Positions 9,734 to 19,601 of a stretch of DNA of 64,000 nucleotides are shown here, piece after piece. Numbering within the stretch: the stretch's first letter is position 1; each line of letters starts with the position of its first letter. Under the pieces are notes generated by a model. That model saw only the letters and a list, made by a program, of their open reading frames with translations, was not told where the DNA came from and searched no databases. A program made the position numbers and the translations under genes. This DNA comes from a bacterium (GTDB taxonomy: Bacteria; Patescibacteriota; Minisyncoccia; JAUYLV01): NCBI GenBank assembly GCA_030649025.1, contig JAUSGO010000028.1, positions 1,074-65,073 of the forward strand. The letters are read 5' to 3'.

Positions 9734-10945
9734 ATGTCGTCTTTCGCATATAAAATCGTCACAAAGGAAAACAAGGTCCTTGAAGGAGAAGTGGATGCGC
9801 CGTCAAAAATAAAAGCCGAAGAAAAGTTCAGGCAGGAGGGTTCAACGGTGCTTTTCGTATCTCCGAAAAAAACATCCTTGTTCGCGAAAGAACTGTCCAT
9901 GCCCTCATTCGGTTTTCCCATCACCGAGCGCATATTTTTTTTCAGGAACCTTGCCACCATGCTCGGCGCAGGCCTTTCCTTGGCAGATGCCATGCGCGTA
10001 TTGGAAGAGCAGGCCAGAAGCAGCGGAGTCAAAAAAGCCATCGTAACGATCATCCATGACGTTGAGAACGGGAGACGGTTTTCGGACGCCATGCGGAAAT
10101 TCCCGAATTTTTTCTCGGATTTTCTTATTGAGGCGATACACGTGGGAGAACTCACGGGGCAGCTTGCCGATACGCTCGATCGCATATCCACGGACCTCGA
10201 GCACGACCACGATTTGCGTCGAAAGGTTCAGGGGGCCATGGCGTATCCATTGGTGGTGCTCACGGTTATGACGGGCGTAGTAATCACGCTTACGGGTTTT
10301 GTTCTGCCGAAGATTGCGGACCTTTTCAAGGAGCTCAATGCGCCGCTCCCAATGCCGACACGAATTCTTCTTGGGGGAAGCGGATTCATCCGCTCCAGTC
10401 CCTTTGCGGTTATAGGCGTCTTTGCGGCGCTGGCCGTAGGACTGTTCTTGCTCTGGAAAAATAAAAAGGGAAGATATTTCATCCATTATGCGTTTTTAAA
10501 AATCCCGGTCTTCGGCGACATGCTAAGGGAATTTAATTTGGCAAGATTTTTCAGGGCTCTTGAATCGCTTTTTGCAAGCGGCATTTCGCTCGTACGTTCC
10601 GTAGAAATCGCCAAAAAAATCCTTAAAAATGACGTATACCGGCAGGCTCTCGATGGCGCGCATCCCATTCTTATACACGGCGCGCCGCTTTCGGACGCGT
10701 TGAAGCTTCATCCGTTTCTTTTTCCTACGCAAACACGGCGCATTATAGAAGTCGGGGAACGCACGGGAAAGCTGGAGGAAATTTTCAGGCGTGTCACCTC
10801 GTATTACGAACGCGCCCTGCATCATAAAACCCAAATGCTCGCCTCGCTCATTGAACCGGTTCTTATTGTATTTATCGGCGTAGTCGTTGGGGGACTCGCG
10901 CTGTCTGTTTTTCTTCCCATTTACCAGGCAACGAGCGTGTTTTAA
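9734..10945 (+). CDS. pilC: type IV pilus inner-membrane platform protein PilC (GspF family)
   Basis: Two GspF-like repeats with conserved ...EVGE(R)TG(K)LEE... motifs and 3 TM blocks; immediately downstream of pilB. Confidence 0.85.
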   Translation: MSSFAYKIVTKENKVLEGEVDAPSKIKAEEKFRQEGSTVLFVSPKKTSLFAKELSMPSFGFPITERIFFFRNLATMLGAGLSLADAMRVLEEQARSSGVKKAIVTIIHDVENGRRFSDAMRKFPNFFSDFLIEAIHVGELTGQLADTLDRISTDLEHDHDLRRKVQGAMAYPLVVLTVMTGVVITLTGFVLPKIADLFKELNAPLPMPTRILLGGSGFIRSSPFAVIGVFAALAVGLFLLWKNKKGRYFIHYAFLKIPVFGDMLREFNLARFFRALESLFASGISLVRSVEIAKKILKNDVYRQALDGAHPILIHGAPLSDALKLHPFLFPTQTRRIIEVGERTGKLEEIFRRVTSYYERALHHKTQMLASLIEPVLIVFIGVVVGGLALSVFLPIYQATSVF

Positions 10946-10955
10946 GAATTTTGGC

Positions 10956-11417
10956 ATGGCCAGAACACATTTAAAAATTTTTACTCCGCAACGGGGATTC
11001 TCCCTTATTGAAACCCTCGTTGTTGTGGGCATTTTAAGCATCATCGCGGTTTTTGCGCTGGGATCGCTTCGCGGCGTGCGCTCGCGCGCGGCACTAAGCG
11101 ACGGACAAATACTCATTGTCCGGGCCCTGGAGGAAGCGCGCAACCGCGCCGTAACGGGCGCGGGAACATCGGACCATGGCGTCCACATCGAGCCGGGAAA
11201 GATAGAAACGTTCGAGGGCTCCGTATACATTCCCGGTAGCGGCGTAGAGTCATTTCTGCCTCCGGGTGTCTCGACAGACCAGGCAAATGCCATTGTGATA
11301 TTCAAAAGACTGGTTGGGCAATCAAGCGCAAACCCCACCATAATGCTTTCTAATGTTTCGGGCGCAACATCAACAGTTGCGGTAACATTGGACGGCGCGA
11401 TCATCCCTAGCTTATAG
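10956..11417 (+). CDS. prepilin-type N-terminal cleavage/methylation domain protein (pilin/pseudopilin)
   Basis: Class III signal: ...QRGFSLIETLVVVGILSIIAVFA; start chosen at ATG 10956 (ORF extends to 10887 overlapping pilC). Confidence 0.7.
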   Translation: MARTHLKIFTPQRGFSLIETLVVVGILSIIAVFALGSLRGVRSRAALSDGQILIVRALEEARNRAVTGAGTSDHGVHIEPGKIETFEGSVYIPGSGVESFLPPGVSTDQANAIVIFKRLVGQSSANPTIMLSNVSGATSTVAVTLDGAIIPSL

Positions 11418-11458
11418 CTGATAGCTTTTAGGGTTTAGACTCATCACGAAATCAATTC

Positions 11459-11983
11459 ATGAAATTTTCCAAACCTATTAGCTATAAGCTAAAAGCTAAA
11501 AGCTCCAAAGGCTTTGCGCTTGTGGAAGTTATTATCGGCATGGGTATTGCCGCATTTCTTCTCACCACATTCTCGTCAATTGCCCTGCAGAGTAAAAAGG
11601 TAAGCCGGGCAAATATGCGCAACTTTAAGGCAGCGCTGTATCTTCGCGAAGCTATAGAAGTAGCCAAAGACCTGGAACAGACGAACTGGGCAAGCTTTGC
11701 AAACCCGCTCTGCGTCTCGACGCCATATTGCCATCCGCAGGCGGCCGGAAGCACGTGGACCCTTGCCGGAGCAGAAGAGCTGCTCGACGATGGCATGTTT
11801 GCGCGGACTCTTTCCGTCTCGTCCGTATATCGAGATCCTGTAACAAACGCTATCGATCTTGCCGATCCGCCAACGGGCGCGCTTGACCCGAATACAAAAA
11901 AAGTGACGGCAGCGGTGAGGTGGGATACCGGGTATGTCGTGCGCACCGGAACGCTTGAGGCATATATATATAACATGCCATGA
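11459..11983 (+). CDS. prepilin-type pseudopilin
   Basis: KGFALVEVIIGMGIAAFLL class III signal peptide motif. Confidence 0.7.
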   Translation: MKFSKPISYKLKAKSSKGFALVEVIIGMGIAAFLLTTFSSIALQSKKVSRANMRNFKAALYLREAIEVAKDLEQTNWASFANPLCVSTPYCHPQAAGSTWTLAGAEELLDDGMFARTLSVSSVYRDPVTNAIDLADPPTGALDPNTKKVTAAVRWDTGYVVRTGTLEAYIYNMP

Positions 11984-12468
11984 CCCTACCCCTTAACACC
12001 AAACAGCAAAAAAATCCGCGCAAGCTTGGATTCCAGTCAGGGGTAACCCTGCTTGAAGTTATTCTTGTCCTGACTATCGGTGTGGCTGTTGCTACGATGG
12101 TGACGCTTGTTACGTCCGCGGGCCTTAAAAATATCCGATCTGCAAAACGCCTTGAGCGGCTTCATGCAAACGCCGTTTTCACCACAAATGCCCTCACCTA
12201 CTGGATAAAACAGGGGGATTTGCTCACCGTAACTTCCACGACCGCTTTGAGAATAATCCTTCCGGATTCTTCCATAAAATATATTGAGAAATCCAATAAT
12301 CGTGTTACACTGGACGGCAACGCCATAACCACCGATGATGCCCAAGTGACCAATCTTACCTTTGCGCGCTTTGGACGCTCGGTCCGCTTCGGACTTTCGC
12401 TCAAAGCCCGGAATGCCCCAGAGACGCTTTCCGTAACCTCTACCGTAGCTCAAAGAAATTCTTTTTAG
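11980..12468 (+). CDS. prepilin-type pseudopilin
   Basis: GVTLLEVILVLTIGVAVATMV motif after short basic leader; 4-nt overlap with upstream pilin gene. Confidence 0.65.
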   Translation: MTLPLNTKQQKNPRKLGFQSGVTLLEVILVLTIGVAVATMVTLVTSAGLKNIRSAKRLERLHANAVFTTNALTYWIKQGDLLTVTSTTALRIILPDSSIKYIEKSNNRVTLDGNAITTDDAQVTNLTFARFGRSVRFGLSLKARNAPETLSVTSTVAQRNSF

Positions 12469-12483
12469 CGCTTCATTATATAT

Positions 12484-13572
12484 ATGAGCAAGAAACTCAA
12501 ATTTTCAAACAGGAACCCCGAACGCGGAGTCATCACGCTCATGGCGGTGCTTGGCGTGGGCTTGTTTGCTCTGGGTGCCGCCCTCACCATGGCAACGGGG
12601 GTCCTTTCGGAACTTGCGACAAACCAGGACACTGTTGCGGGAGACCAGGTTTTTTATACAGGCGAATCAAATGCGGGAGAGGGAGCCTATCAATACCTCT
12701 CCACCTCGTCGTATGCAAGCGTCGCGCCGACTCTGCTCAACGACACCTCTACCGGCTCCGTTGTAATCGTTCCCTTGGCATGGCCGTATGTTCGGGCTAG
12801 GGGTCACGCCGGAAACGGCACAACGCGCCGCATCGTGTCGCGCATTATCACCGTTTTTCCCGAGGGACAGGCTTTTGACTACGCAGTATATTCTAATGAA
12901 GAAATGAATTTCGGCGGCAATGCTACCGTGAACGGCGATGTGTATGCAACCGACGAAATCGATTTTACGGGTGCGAGCGCCGAAGTGAACGGCAACGCGT
13001 TCTCACCGGGGGATGTTGAAACGGATAATGTAAACGGTTTCTCGGTTACCGGCGTTGATGTTATTGAGCCTCCACGTATTTTTATTGAGCCTTACCGAGA
13101 CATGGCCATAGCCGCAGGAACCCATTTCACAAGCACCCCTCTGGCAAGAAGCTTTCTTAATAACAATATAACGCACAATATTGCCGTAGTGGTTGAAGAT
13201 ATCCCAGAACTTAAACTCCAAAATTCTACCAGCTCCACGGGAAGCCTTGTTACGTTGCACGACCTGGAACTTACGGGCGGAACCTACACCGCCGCAGGTG
13301 GACGGCCCGCTATTATTGTCTATGGAAACCTAAAAATCGCTGGCGGCACCACCATAAACGGCATTGTGTATGTGGAGGGTTCAACTACGTTCGGTTCGGG
13401 AACAAATACCATAAATGGCTCGCTCATTTCTGTCGGGGGCGCGAGCGTGGACGTAACGGGCAATGCCGTAATAAACTTTGATCCACAGTACGTTGCGGAT
13501 TGGGACTTGCTGCCGGGACTTGATACCTCTACCACCTCAACGCCGGAAGTGATTTCATGGGGAGAAGAATAA
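12484..13572 (+). CDS. pilus-associated large minor-pilin-like / tip protein (hypothetical), membrane-anchored, G/T/N-rich beta-rich repeats
   Basis: N-terminal hydrophobic anchor after basic leader (ERGVITLMAVLGVGLFALGAAL); last gene of pilin operon; no enzymatic motifs. Confidence 0.45.
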   Translation: MSKKLKFSNRNPERGVITLMAVLGVGLFALGAALTMATGVLSELATNQDTVAGDQVFYTGESNAGEGAYQYLSTSSYASVAPTLLNDTSTGSVVIVPLAWPYVRARGHAGNGTTRRIVSRIITVFPEGQAFDYAVYSNEEMNFGGNATVNGDVYATDEIDFTGASAEVNGNAFSPGDVETDNVNGFSVTGVDVIEPPRIFIEPYRDMAIAAGTHFTSTPLARSFLNNNITHNIAVVVEDIPELKLQNSTSSTGSLVTLHDLELTGGTYTAAGGRPAIIVYGNLKIAGGTTINGIVYVEGSTTFGSGTNTINGSLISVGGASVDVTGNAVINFDPQYVADWDLLPGLDTSTTSTPEVISWGEE

Positions 13573-13593
13573 TTTTTCTTGCTTTCAAAAACG

Positions 13594-13620
13594 CCACGGC
13601 CTGCAAGGCCGTGGTTTTGT
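13594..13620 (+). terminator. rho-independent terminator of pilus operon
   Basis: ccacggcc-tgca-aggccgtgg followed by ttttg. Confidence 0.6.
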
Positions 13621-13864
13621 TTCAATAGGCAAGTGCGCAAATTACAAGAACCTATCAAAAAATTCTTGTTTTTCTGCAAGCCCACCTACTATTGTCTAAT
13701 TTACTCGCCTCGCTGAAGCTCCGGCGAAGCGGGCTCAAATTAGACAATAACAACTGAAACAAAATAAAAAGAGCCAAAGAACTGTACTGTGTTGCACGCC
13801 AAGAACAAACCATGGCATACTTTATCTGTGTTCTTTTGAAAATATACGTTGAAAGAGGAAATGA

Positions 13865-14230
13865 ATGAGCTATATATGGACTTTTTTCGGCACTGTATTT
13901 CTGCTACTCGGCATCGTCGGCGTGTTCCTTCCTCTGCTTCCCACAATACCGTTTCTTCTTCTTACGGCTTACTGCTGGGCACGAGGTTCGCCGAGACTTT
14001 ACAATTGGCTCATGCAGAATCGGTGGTTCGGCAGGTATATCCGCGAGTGGCGCGATGGCCGCGGCATCTCTGCAAGGTCTAAGGCGCTTGCAGTTGCGCT
14101 CATCGCCTTGAGCGTGGGGTATTCGGTGCTCTTGCCCAAACTGCATCTTGCAGTAAAACTGCTGCACGGAAGTTTTGTGGTGCTTGCGGGCATCTACATT
14201 CTCACCCGCCCCACCAGACACGATAAATAA
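13865..14230 (+). CDS. DUF454 (YbaN-like) inner membrane protein
   Basis: FLLLGIVGVFLPLLPTIPFLLLTAYCWARGSPRLYNWL... hallmark of YbaN/DUF454. Confidence 0.7.
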   Translation: MSYIWTFFGTVFLLLGIVGVFLPLLPTIPFLLLTAYCWARGSPRLYNWLMQNRWFGRYIREWRDGRGISARSKALAVALIALSVGYSVLLPKLHLAVKLLHGSFVVLAGIYILTRPTRHDK

Positions 14231-14324
14231 GAGCGACATCCGGTCCAAAGCACTACATCTCTTCGGCAGACTGTCCAAAGTCTGCCGCTTTTCTTTTTTG
14301 GGCCTTCTGGTATAGAATGCGCGT

Positions 14325-15278
14325 ATGCACGAAGGCAAGGCAAAAGGGTCGGAGCTCATCATTTTTGATGATGGAACGCTCTACCACATAGACATAGGAC
14401 GAAAGGACAACATTCCTCCAAATCTTTTTTTAGTGGGGGCCTCCGAGCGCGTGGACGCCATCTCGAAACATTTTGATGAGGTTTATTTTTCTCATCGCAA
14501 CAGCGCGCGGCCCGAGTTTTACGTCGTGTGCGGCATGTATAACGGCGTGCCCATGGCCGCCATGTCCATCGGCATCGGGTGCGACAATACCGAAATTGTT
14601 CTCAATGAGCTTCATGCGCTTTTCGAATACGACCATGTAAAAGACGCATGGGATATGCAAGACGCCAAAGTGAATATCATCCGAGTCGGCACCTGCGGCG
14701 CCTTTCAAGAGAAGATGCCCACCGGCTCCATTGCCATTTCCGAATACAGCTTGGGTTTAGACAATTTGGGAGCATATTACCCGACTCCACAAAAAGACAA
14801 AAAATGCGCGTCTATTGAGGAGAGTTTTTTGAGAACGCCGGTGGGCAAGGTGAGCACTCTTTCTTATTGTTCCCGGGCAACGCCGCACGTTGCCGAACTT
14901 CTCAAGAAAACAGCATATCGTCTCGGAGAACATGAAGACGCGATATATACGGGCATCACCACCTCCGCGCCTGGATTTTTCGGACCCGAGGGAAGAAGCA
15001 TCGGCAGGATTAAGACGACGCTGAACTCAAAAGAATTCCTGGATACCGTGCGGACTTTTGACAATGACGGAACGAGGATCATCAATACCGAAATGGAATC
15101 GAGCATTCTTTTCCGCATTGCTCACGAAATACTCGGCTACAATGTTGGAACGCTATGCCTGGTTGTCGATAACATTTTTACGAACGAGGTAATTTTAAGC
15201 GACGTTGCCAAAACGCGCATGGATGCATGTATTAAGATAGCGCTTGAGACAATGACCTCGCTTTCCAAAGAAGCTTAA
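14325..15278 (+). CDS. nucleoside phosphorylase family protein (PNP/UDP phosphorylase fold)
   Basis: NIIRVGTCGA (cf. IIRVGSCGA of DeoD), INTEMESSILFRIA (cf. GVEMEAA), LFLVGASERVDAISKHF (cf. LMPGDPLRA). Confidence 0.65.
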   Translation: MHEGKAKGSELIIFDDGTLYHIDIGRKDNIPPNLFLVGASERVDAISKHFDEVYFSHRNSARPEFYVVCGMYNGVPMAAMSIGIGCDNTEIVLNELHALFEYDHVKDAWDMQDAKVNIIRVGTCGAFQEKMPTGSIAISEYSLGLDNLGAYYPTPQKDKKCASIEESFLRTPVGKVSTLSYCSRATPHVAELLKKTAYRLGEHEDAIYTGITTSAPGFFGPEGRSIGRIKTTLNSKEFLDTVRTFDNDGTRIINTEMESSILFRIAHEILGYNVGTLCLVVDNIFTNEVILSDVAKTRMDACIKIALETMTSLSKEA

Positions 15279-15288
15279 AGATATTTTC

Positions 15289-16428
15289 ATGGAACCGCTC
15301 GCTTCAAAGATAAGGCCAAAAACCCTCAAAGAGTTCGTCGGTCAGGAACATCTGACGGGAAAGGGAAAGCCCCTCTACGTGGCGATACAAGAGCGCCATA
15401 TTTTTTCGTTCGTGCTGTGGGGCCCGCCCGGCGTGGGCAAGACCACGCTTGCACGCATCTACGCCAGCGCCATCAATGCGGAATTTTTCGACCTGTCCGC
15501 AGTGTCTGCGGGTAAGGACGAGATTCGCAAGATAGTGGAACGGGGAGGGCAGGAAGAGAAGCCGAGGGTGTTGTTTCTCGACGAGATACACCGTTTCAAC
15601 AAAGCCCAGCAGGATTTTCTTCTCCCATTTGTGGAGTCTGGAAAGTTGGTTCTTGTCGGCGCAACCACCGAGAATCCCAGTTTTGAGATCATCTCACCCC
15701 TTCTGTCGCGTCTGCGCGTCTTCGTGCTCAACGAACTTTCGGCATCGGAGATGTCGCGCATCATTGACCGGACAAAAATTTCGCTCAACGCCAAAGCGAA
15801 AGAATGGCTTATTGAAATGGCGAACGGGGACGCAAGAGCCGCCATCACGATGCTGGAAAATACCCAAAAACTCTACGGCAACATTACCGTAGAGACGCTG
15901 AAAGAAACTCTGCAGTCCAAATTTTTGCGGTACGATAAAAAGGGAGAGGAACATTACAACATCATCAGCGCTTACATTAAAAGCATGCGTGCCGGCAACG
16001 CCGATGCGGCATTGTACTATCTTGCGCGGATGGTGGAGGCGGGAGAAGACCCGAAATTCATTGCGCGCCGCATGGTGGTATTCGCTTCCGAAGACATCGG
16101 CCTTGCGCAGCCTACCGCCGTGGTAGTGGCAAACGAGGTGTTCCGCGCGGTTGAAACGATAGGGCTTCCGGAATGCGCCATTAATCTTGCACACGGCACC
16201 TGCTACATGGCGCTTTCCAAAAAAGACCGCGGGTCATATGACGCCTACAATGCGGCGCTCGAGGACGTGAAAAAATATGGGAACCTTCCCGTCCCCCTGA
16301 ATCTGCGGAACGCTCCCACAAAACTTATGAAGAATCTCGGCTACGGCAAGGGTTACGAGAAATATACCTCCAAGGATCTACTGCCGGAGAAACTGAAGGA
16401 GAAAAAATATCTTAAGGAAATAAAGTAG
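15289..16428 (+). CDS. rarA: replication-associated recombination protein A (RarA/MgsA AAA+ ATPase)
   Basis: Walker A LWGPPGVGKTTLARIYA, Walker B LFLDEIHRFNKAQQD, sensor motifs LVGATTENPSFEI. Confidence 0.8.
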   Translation: MEPLASKIRPKTLKEFVGQEHLTGKGKPLYVAIQERHIFSFVLWGPPGVGKTTLARIYASAINAEFFDLSAVSAGKDEIRKIVERGGQEEKPRVLFLDEIHRFNKAQQDFLLPFVESGKLVLVGATTENPSFEIISPLLSRLRVFVLNELSASEMSRIIDRTKISLNAKAKEWLIEMANGDARAAITMLENTQKLYGNITVETLKETLQSKFLRYDKKGEEHYNIISAYIKSMRAGNADAALYYLARMVEAGEDPKFIARRMVVFASEDIGLAQPTAVVVANEVFRAVETIGLPECAINLAHGTCYMALSKKDRGSYDAYNAALEDVKKYGNLPVPLNLRNAPTKLMKNLGYGKGYEKYTSKDLLPEKLKEKKYLKEIK

Positions 16429-16429
16429 T

Positions 16430-16990
16430 TTGCGGTTTGAACGATTCTTGGCTATGCTGGAGACAGTGGAACACTATCCGGACCTCAAAGCCAAATTGCG
16501 CCTAGTGAAAGATTTTCCCACTCCCGGAGTGGAGTTTTATGATATAACACCTCTTTTCGAAGACACCAAGGCCTTCCGAAAAGCCATCGACGCAATAGCG
16601 GGTTTTTATAAAGACCTAAGAGTCGACAAAGTGGTGGGAATTGACGCGCGAGGATTTTTGGTTGCAAGCCCCGTTGCCTACGTTCTTGGAGCCGGCCTTG
16701 CGCTGGTGCGGAAAAAGGGGAAACTTCCCTCTGAAATTATCCGCGAGCACCACGAGCTGGAATATGGAAAATCATCGCTCGAGATACATACGGACGCGAT
16801 AAAAAAAGGAGAGCGCGTGGTTATTGTTGATGATGTTCTGGCAACCGGCGGAACTGCGGGCGCGGCATTGCGCCTGGTGCAGAACCTCGGCGGTAATATC
16901 ATTGGACTTGATTTTCTGGTGGAGATCACGAAATTCGAGGGGAGAAAAAAATTTCCCGACCATACCATCCATTCACTAATTGTTTACTGA
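16430..16990 (+). CDS. apt: adenine phosphoribosyltransferase
   Basis: PRPP-binding motif VVIVDDVLATGGTAGAA; VVGIDARGF; typical length about 180 aa. Confidence 0.85.
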   Translation: MRFERFLAMLETVEHYPDLKAKLRLVKDFPTPGVEFYDITPLFEDTKAFRKAIDAIAGFYKDLRVDKVVGIDARGFLVASPVAYVLGAGLALVRKKGKLPSEIIREHHELEYGKSSLEIHTDAIKKGERVVIVDDVLATGGTAGAALRLVQNLGGNIIGLDFLVEITKFEGRKKFPDHTIHSLIVY

Positions 16991-16998
16991 AATTAAAA

Positions 16999-17385
16999 AT
17001 GAGCGGAAAACTCATCATTGGCATTGTGATCATGTCTACCCTGGGCATCGTGGGGCTTGCCGTTTGGCAACAGCAAAAGCGTCTTCCGGAGCTTGAGGCG
17101 CGCCGTCCCGCGCCGCCCGTGACGCCTCCGCCGGGGCTTTTGGGCAAAGACGGGAAAAATCAAAGCGGGCCGCTTGATTTTGCGGCACTTTTTGGCAACC
17201 TAAAGCCCGCAAAGCAAGAATGCTTCCGAGAAAAATTCGGCCAGGAACGACTTAACCAGATGCTCGCAAATCAGGCTTTTGTCCCGGCGCCCGAGGACAA
17301 CAGCATCATCGGCGAATGTTTGCTTGCCGGCGCTACGTTCCAGGAAAGTGCTCCGTCGACCACGACAGAATCGGCAGGACCGTAG
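16999..17385 (+). CDS. hypothetical small membrane-anchored protein
   Basis: N-terminal TM helix, Pro-rich segment; no motif. Confidence 0.4.
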   Translation: MSGKLIIGIVIMSTLGIVGLAVWQQQKRLPELEARRPAPPVTPPPGLLGKDGKNQSGPLDFAALFGNLKPAKQECFREKFGQERLNQMLANQAFVPAPEDNSIIGECLLAGATFQESAPSTTTESAGP

Positions 17386-17453
17386 GTTCTTTTTATAGTA
17401 CCCTCTTGAACCCGTGACAAGAAACTCTTTGTCTACACCTGGCGGATGAAACT

Positions 17454-17481
17454 TTGACAGAACGTCCAAAAAATATATACT
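17454..17481 (+). promoter_or_regulatory. sigma70-like promoter
   Basis: TTGACA - 16 nt - TATACT, followed by GGAGGTG RBS and TTG start. Confidence 0.4.
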
Positions 17482-17510
17482 GAATCAGGATCTTTTACAG
17501 GAGGTGTATA

Positions 17511-17855
17511 TTGAGTACCGACGTTCAAAAACAGTTCCATAAATTTCTTGGAGTCACTGGAACCATTGAAGGCGGCGACGATGTGCCTGTGCAATTAACC
17601 TCGCTTAGCTCGTCCTGGAATTGCATTACAGAACGTGCCGAGAAATTTGGCTGCAAGCCCGGAGAACAAGCTCTTCTTGTTGAATGGATACCGATGGGCA
17701 TGCAGTTTACCAAACCAGGACCGGAAGAGCTCCCGAAAGAAGCTGGTGTGGATAAAACAAAAATCCCTCCGCGAGACCAGTGGGTTGTGTTTCCACGCTC
17801 ATTTGGTGGTCTGCCGGTCTACTACCGTCGTGGACAAATGGCCTTTGCTCTTTAG
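17511..17855 (+). CDS. hypothetical protein (TTG start)
   Basis: ORF with RBS GGAGGTG 8 nt upstream, own promoter and terminator; no similarity recognised. Confidence 0.45.
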   Translation: MSTDVQKQFHKFLGVTGTIEGGDDVPVQLTSLSSSWNCITERAEKFGCKPGEQALLVEWIPMGMQFTKPGPEELPKEAGVDKTKIPPRDQWVVFPRSFGGLPVYYRRGQMAFAL

Positions 17856-17877
17856 CCTTTAGAACTGCATTTAATGA

Positions 17878-17911
17878 CTCGATGAAATCACGAGTCTTTT
17901 TCTTTTTTTAT
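17878..17911 (+). terminator. rho-independent terminator
   Basis: gactcg-atgaaatca-cgagtc followed by tttttctttttttatt. Confidence 0.6.
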
Positions 17912-17976
17912 TAAAGGCGCCAAAAGTGTAACGGTGACCTTGAACACCACGGCTCCTGTAAGGCCATGGCCTTCTT

Positions 17977-18726
17977 TTATTTCACCAACGAACTAATGAG
18001 TGCACCAATGCCATAAGAGGCTCCGGCAGCAATAAGGCCGATAACGAGCATTTCCAAGCCGCTTTTAAGCCAGCCTTGTTTGGTGAGAAGTGTCCGCAGG
18101 GAACCTACAAAAAATAAGGTCGTGGCAGTTGAAGCAACGGAGATCCAGAAATCATGGCCGCCTGCGCCAAAGAGCACAAATGGGATGAGCGGAAGAGTTC
18201 CCGCAACGATAAACGCGACAAAAGTCACAACGCCATGAGACCATGGCGTCTCTTCGTTCCCGGTTATCACGCCATGCTCTCCTATCATCATTTCGTCTAC
18301 CCAGCGCTTTTTGTTGCCCGTGATGATCTCCACCGCACGCTCAAGCTCCACGCCAGAAAACCCCTTGGCCTGATACATATTACGAACCTCTTCCCGCTCT
18401 TCCTGCGGGAAGAGTTGTATTTCCATCTCTTCGCGCGCACGCTGACGCGCCTCGAAATCACGCTGCGACTTCATGCCAAGGTAGCTCGACATCCCCATAG
18501 AGATGCCATCGGCAATGACGTTGGCAAATCCGAGAATAACCACGATCTCCCGTGAAAGCGAGGCTCCTGCAACGCCGGCAACTATCGCAAATGTCGTGAT
18601 AATGCCGTCGTTGACGCCATAAATTGCATCGCGCAAATATCCCCCGCTCGTGGAGGAGTTTTCGTGACGCATATGTTTTTGCTGGATTTCATTCACCCCG
18701 TTAGATGTGCTAGATAATTCTTGCAT
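17977..18726 (-). CDS. VIT1/CCC1-family (vacuolar iron transporter-like) membrane protein
   Basis: LRDAIYGVNDGIITTFAIVAGVAGA... N-terminal and GIS(M/L)G.SSYLG motif; two hydrophobic halves separated by an E/R-rich loop. Confidence 0.75.
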   Translation of the reverse strand: MQELSSTSNGVNEIQQKHMRHENSSTSGGYLRDAIYGVNDGIITTFAIVAGVAGASLSREIVVILGFANVIADGISMGMSSYLGMKSQRDFEARQRAREEMEIQLFPQEEREEVRNMYQAKGFSGVELERAVEIITGNKKRWVDEMMIGEHGVITGNEETPWSHGVVTFVAFIVAGTLPLIPFVLFGAGGHDFWISVASTATTLFFVGSLRTLLTKQGWLKSGLEMLVIGLIAAGASYGIGALISSLVK

Positions 18727-18796
18727 AATTGTAATTATGTACTTCCCGCCAAGATATCCCAGTTTTAGAAAAGCAGTAGAAGATATCTAACGGGGT

Positions 18797-19042
18797 TCAT
18801 GTATGTTTATCTTTACGCCGTCTCTCATCTGCCACCATCCAAAATCCCCGCATTCTGTTAGCCTTAGATCCTGAAGCGTAATTGTACTTGTCGGTATAAA
18901 TATCGATGCCAAGATTGTCATGGAAAAACTCCGCGAAAGTTCTATCAGAAAAGTTCAAGACGTAACCTGTCATCTGAAAGAGCTTTTCTAGTATTTGTTT
19001 GTCATTTGTTTTTAGGGAGGACGTAGCTCTTTTGACTGGCAA
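18797..19042 (-). CDS. hypothetical small protein (AT-rich, possible horizontally acquired)
   Basis: 81-aa ORF 13 nt downstream of 19056..19601 gene; local GC visibly lower than flanks. Confidence 0.4.
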   Translation of the reverse strand: MPVKRATSSLKTNDKQILEKLFQMTGYVLNFSDRTFAEFFHDNLGIDIYTDKYNYASGSKANRMRGFWMVADERRRKDKHT

Positions 19043-19055
19043 ATAATCTCAGGGA

Positions 19056-19601
19056 TTAGAGTTTAGTTGCCTCAGACTGCTTCATACGCACTTTCTCGGT
19101 CATTTCCCGCGGGCTTACATATCCAAGGGCATCCACATCGGGATTGTAGAGTTCAACCATATCTAGATCGGGCCGTTCGAATACCCGCGTGCCCCTTACG
19201 ATCTTTCCGTCTTGTAACGACTTTTTGAACTCTTGATACTTACCTTCTTCAAGAACGAAATCAACATCGCCGACATGAGATCGATACGGATCTGGTTTGC
19301 GGATATAAAGATGTGTATAGGTAGTTTCTGGTATATCCGTGCGAACCGGAATGACTATTGGATTGTGGAGACGAAAATATTTTTGGTTAAGATTGTCGGA
19401 TTCTTCGGTTAATTGCTTACGAATCTCGATCAAAGATTTGTACTCGTCGTCATAATGGCAGAACACCCCCATATTTCCAGCGACAGGAAGGTATTTACCA
19501 AACGATTGTTTGCACAGCTCAAAACAAGCAAAATGTATATGCTCTATAGCCTTCAATAACTCTGCTTCGTTCTGAATTGGACTAAATCGATATAGTTTCA
19601 T
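19056..19601 (-). CDS. hypothetical protein (AT-rich islet)
   Basis: 181-aa ORF; no recognised motif. Confidence 0.45.
   Translation of the reverse strand: MKLYRFSPIQNEAELLKAIEHIHFACFELCKQSFGKYLPVAGNMGVFCHYDDEYKSLIEIRKQLTEESDNLNQKYFRLHNPIVIPVRTDIPETTYTHLYIRKPDPYRSHVGDVDFVLEEGKYQEFKKSLQDGKIVRGTRVFERPDLDMVELYNPDVDALGYVSPREMTEKVRMKQSEATKL

Noticed and set aside
9538-11404. Minus-strand ORFs 9538..10191, 9905..10486, 10523..11404
   Set aside because: They are antisense to pilB/pilC/pilin genes, which carry strong family motifs.
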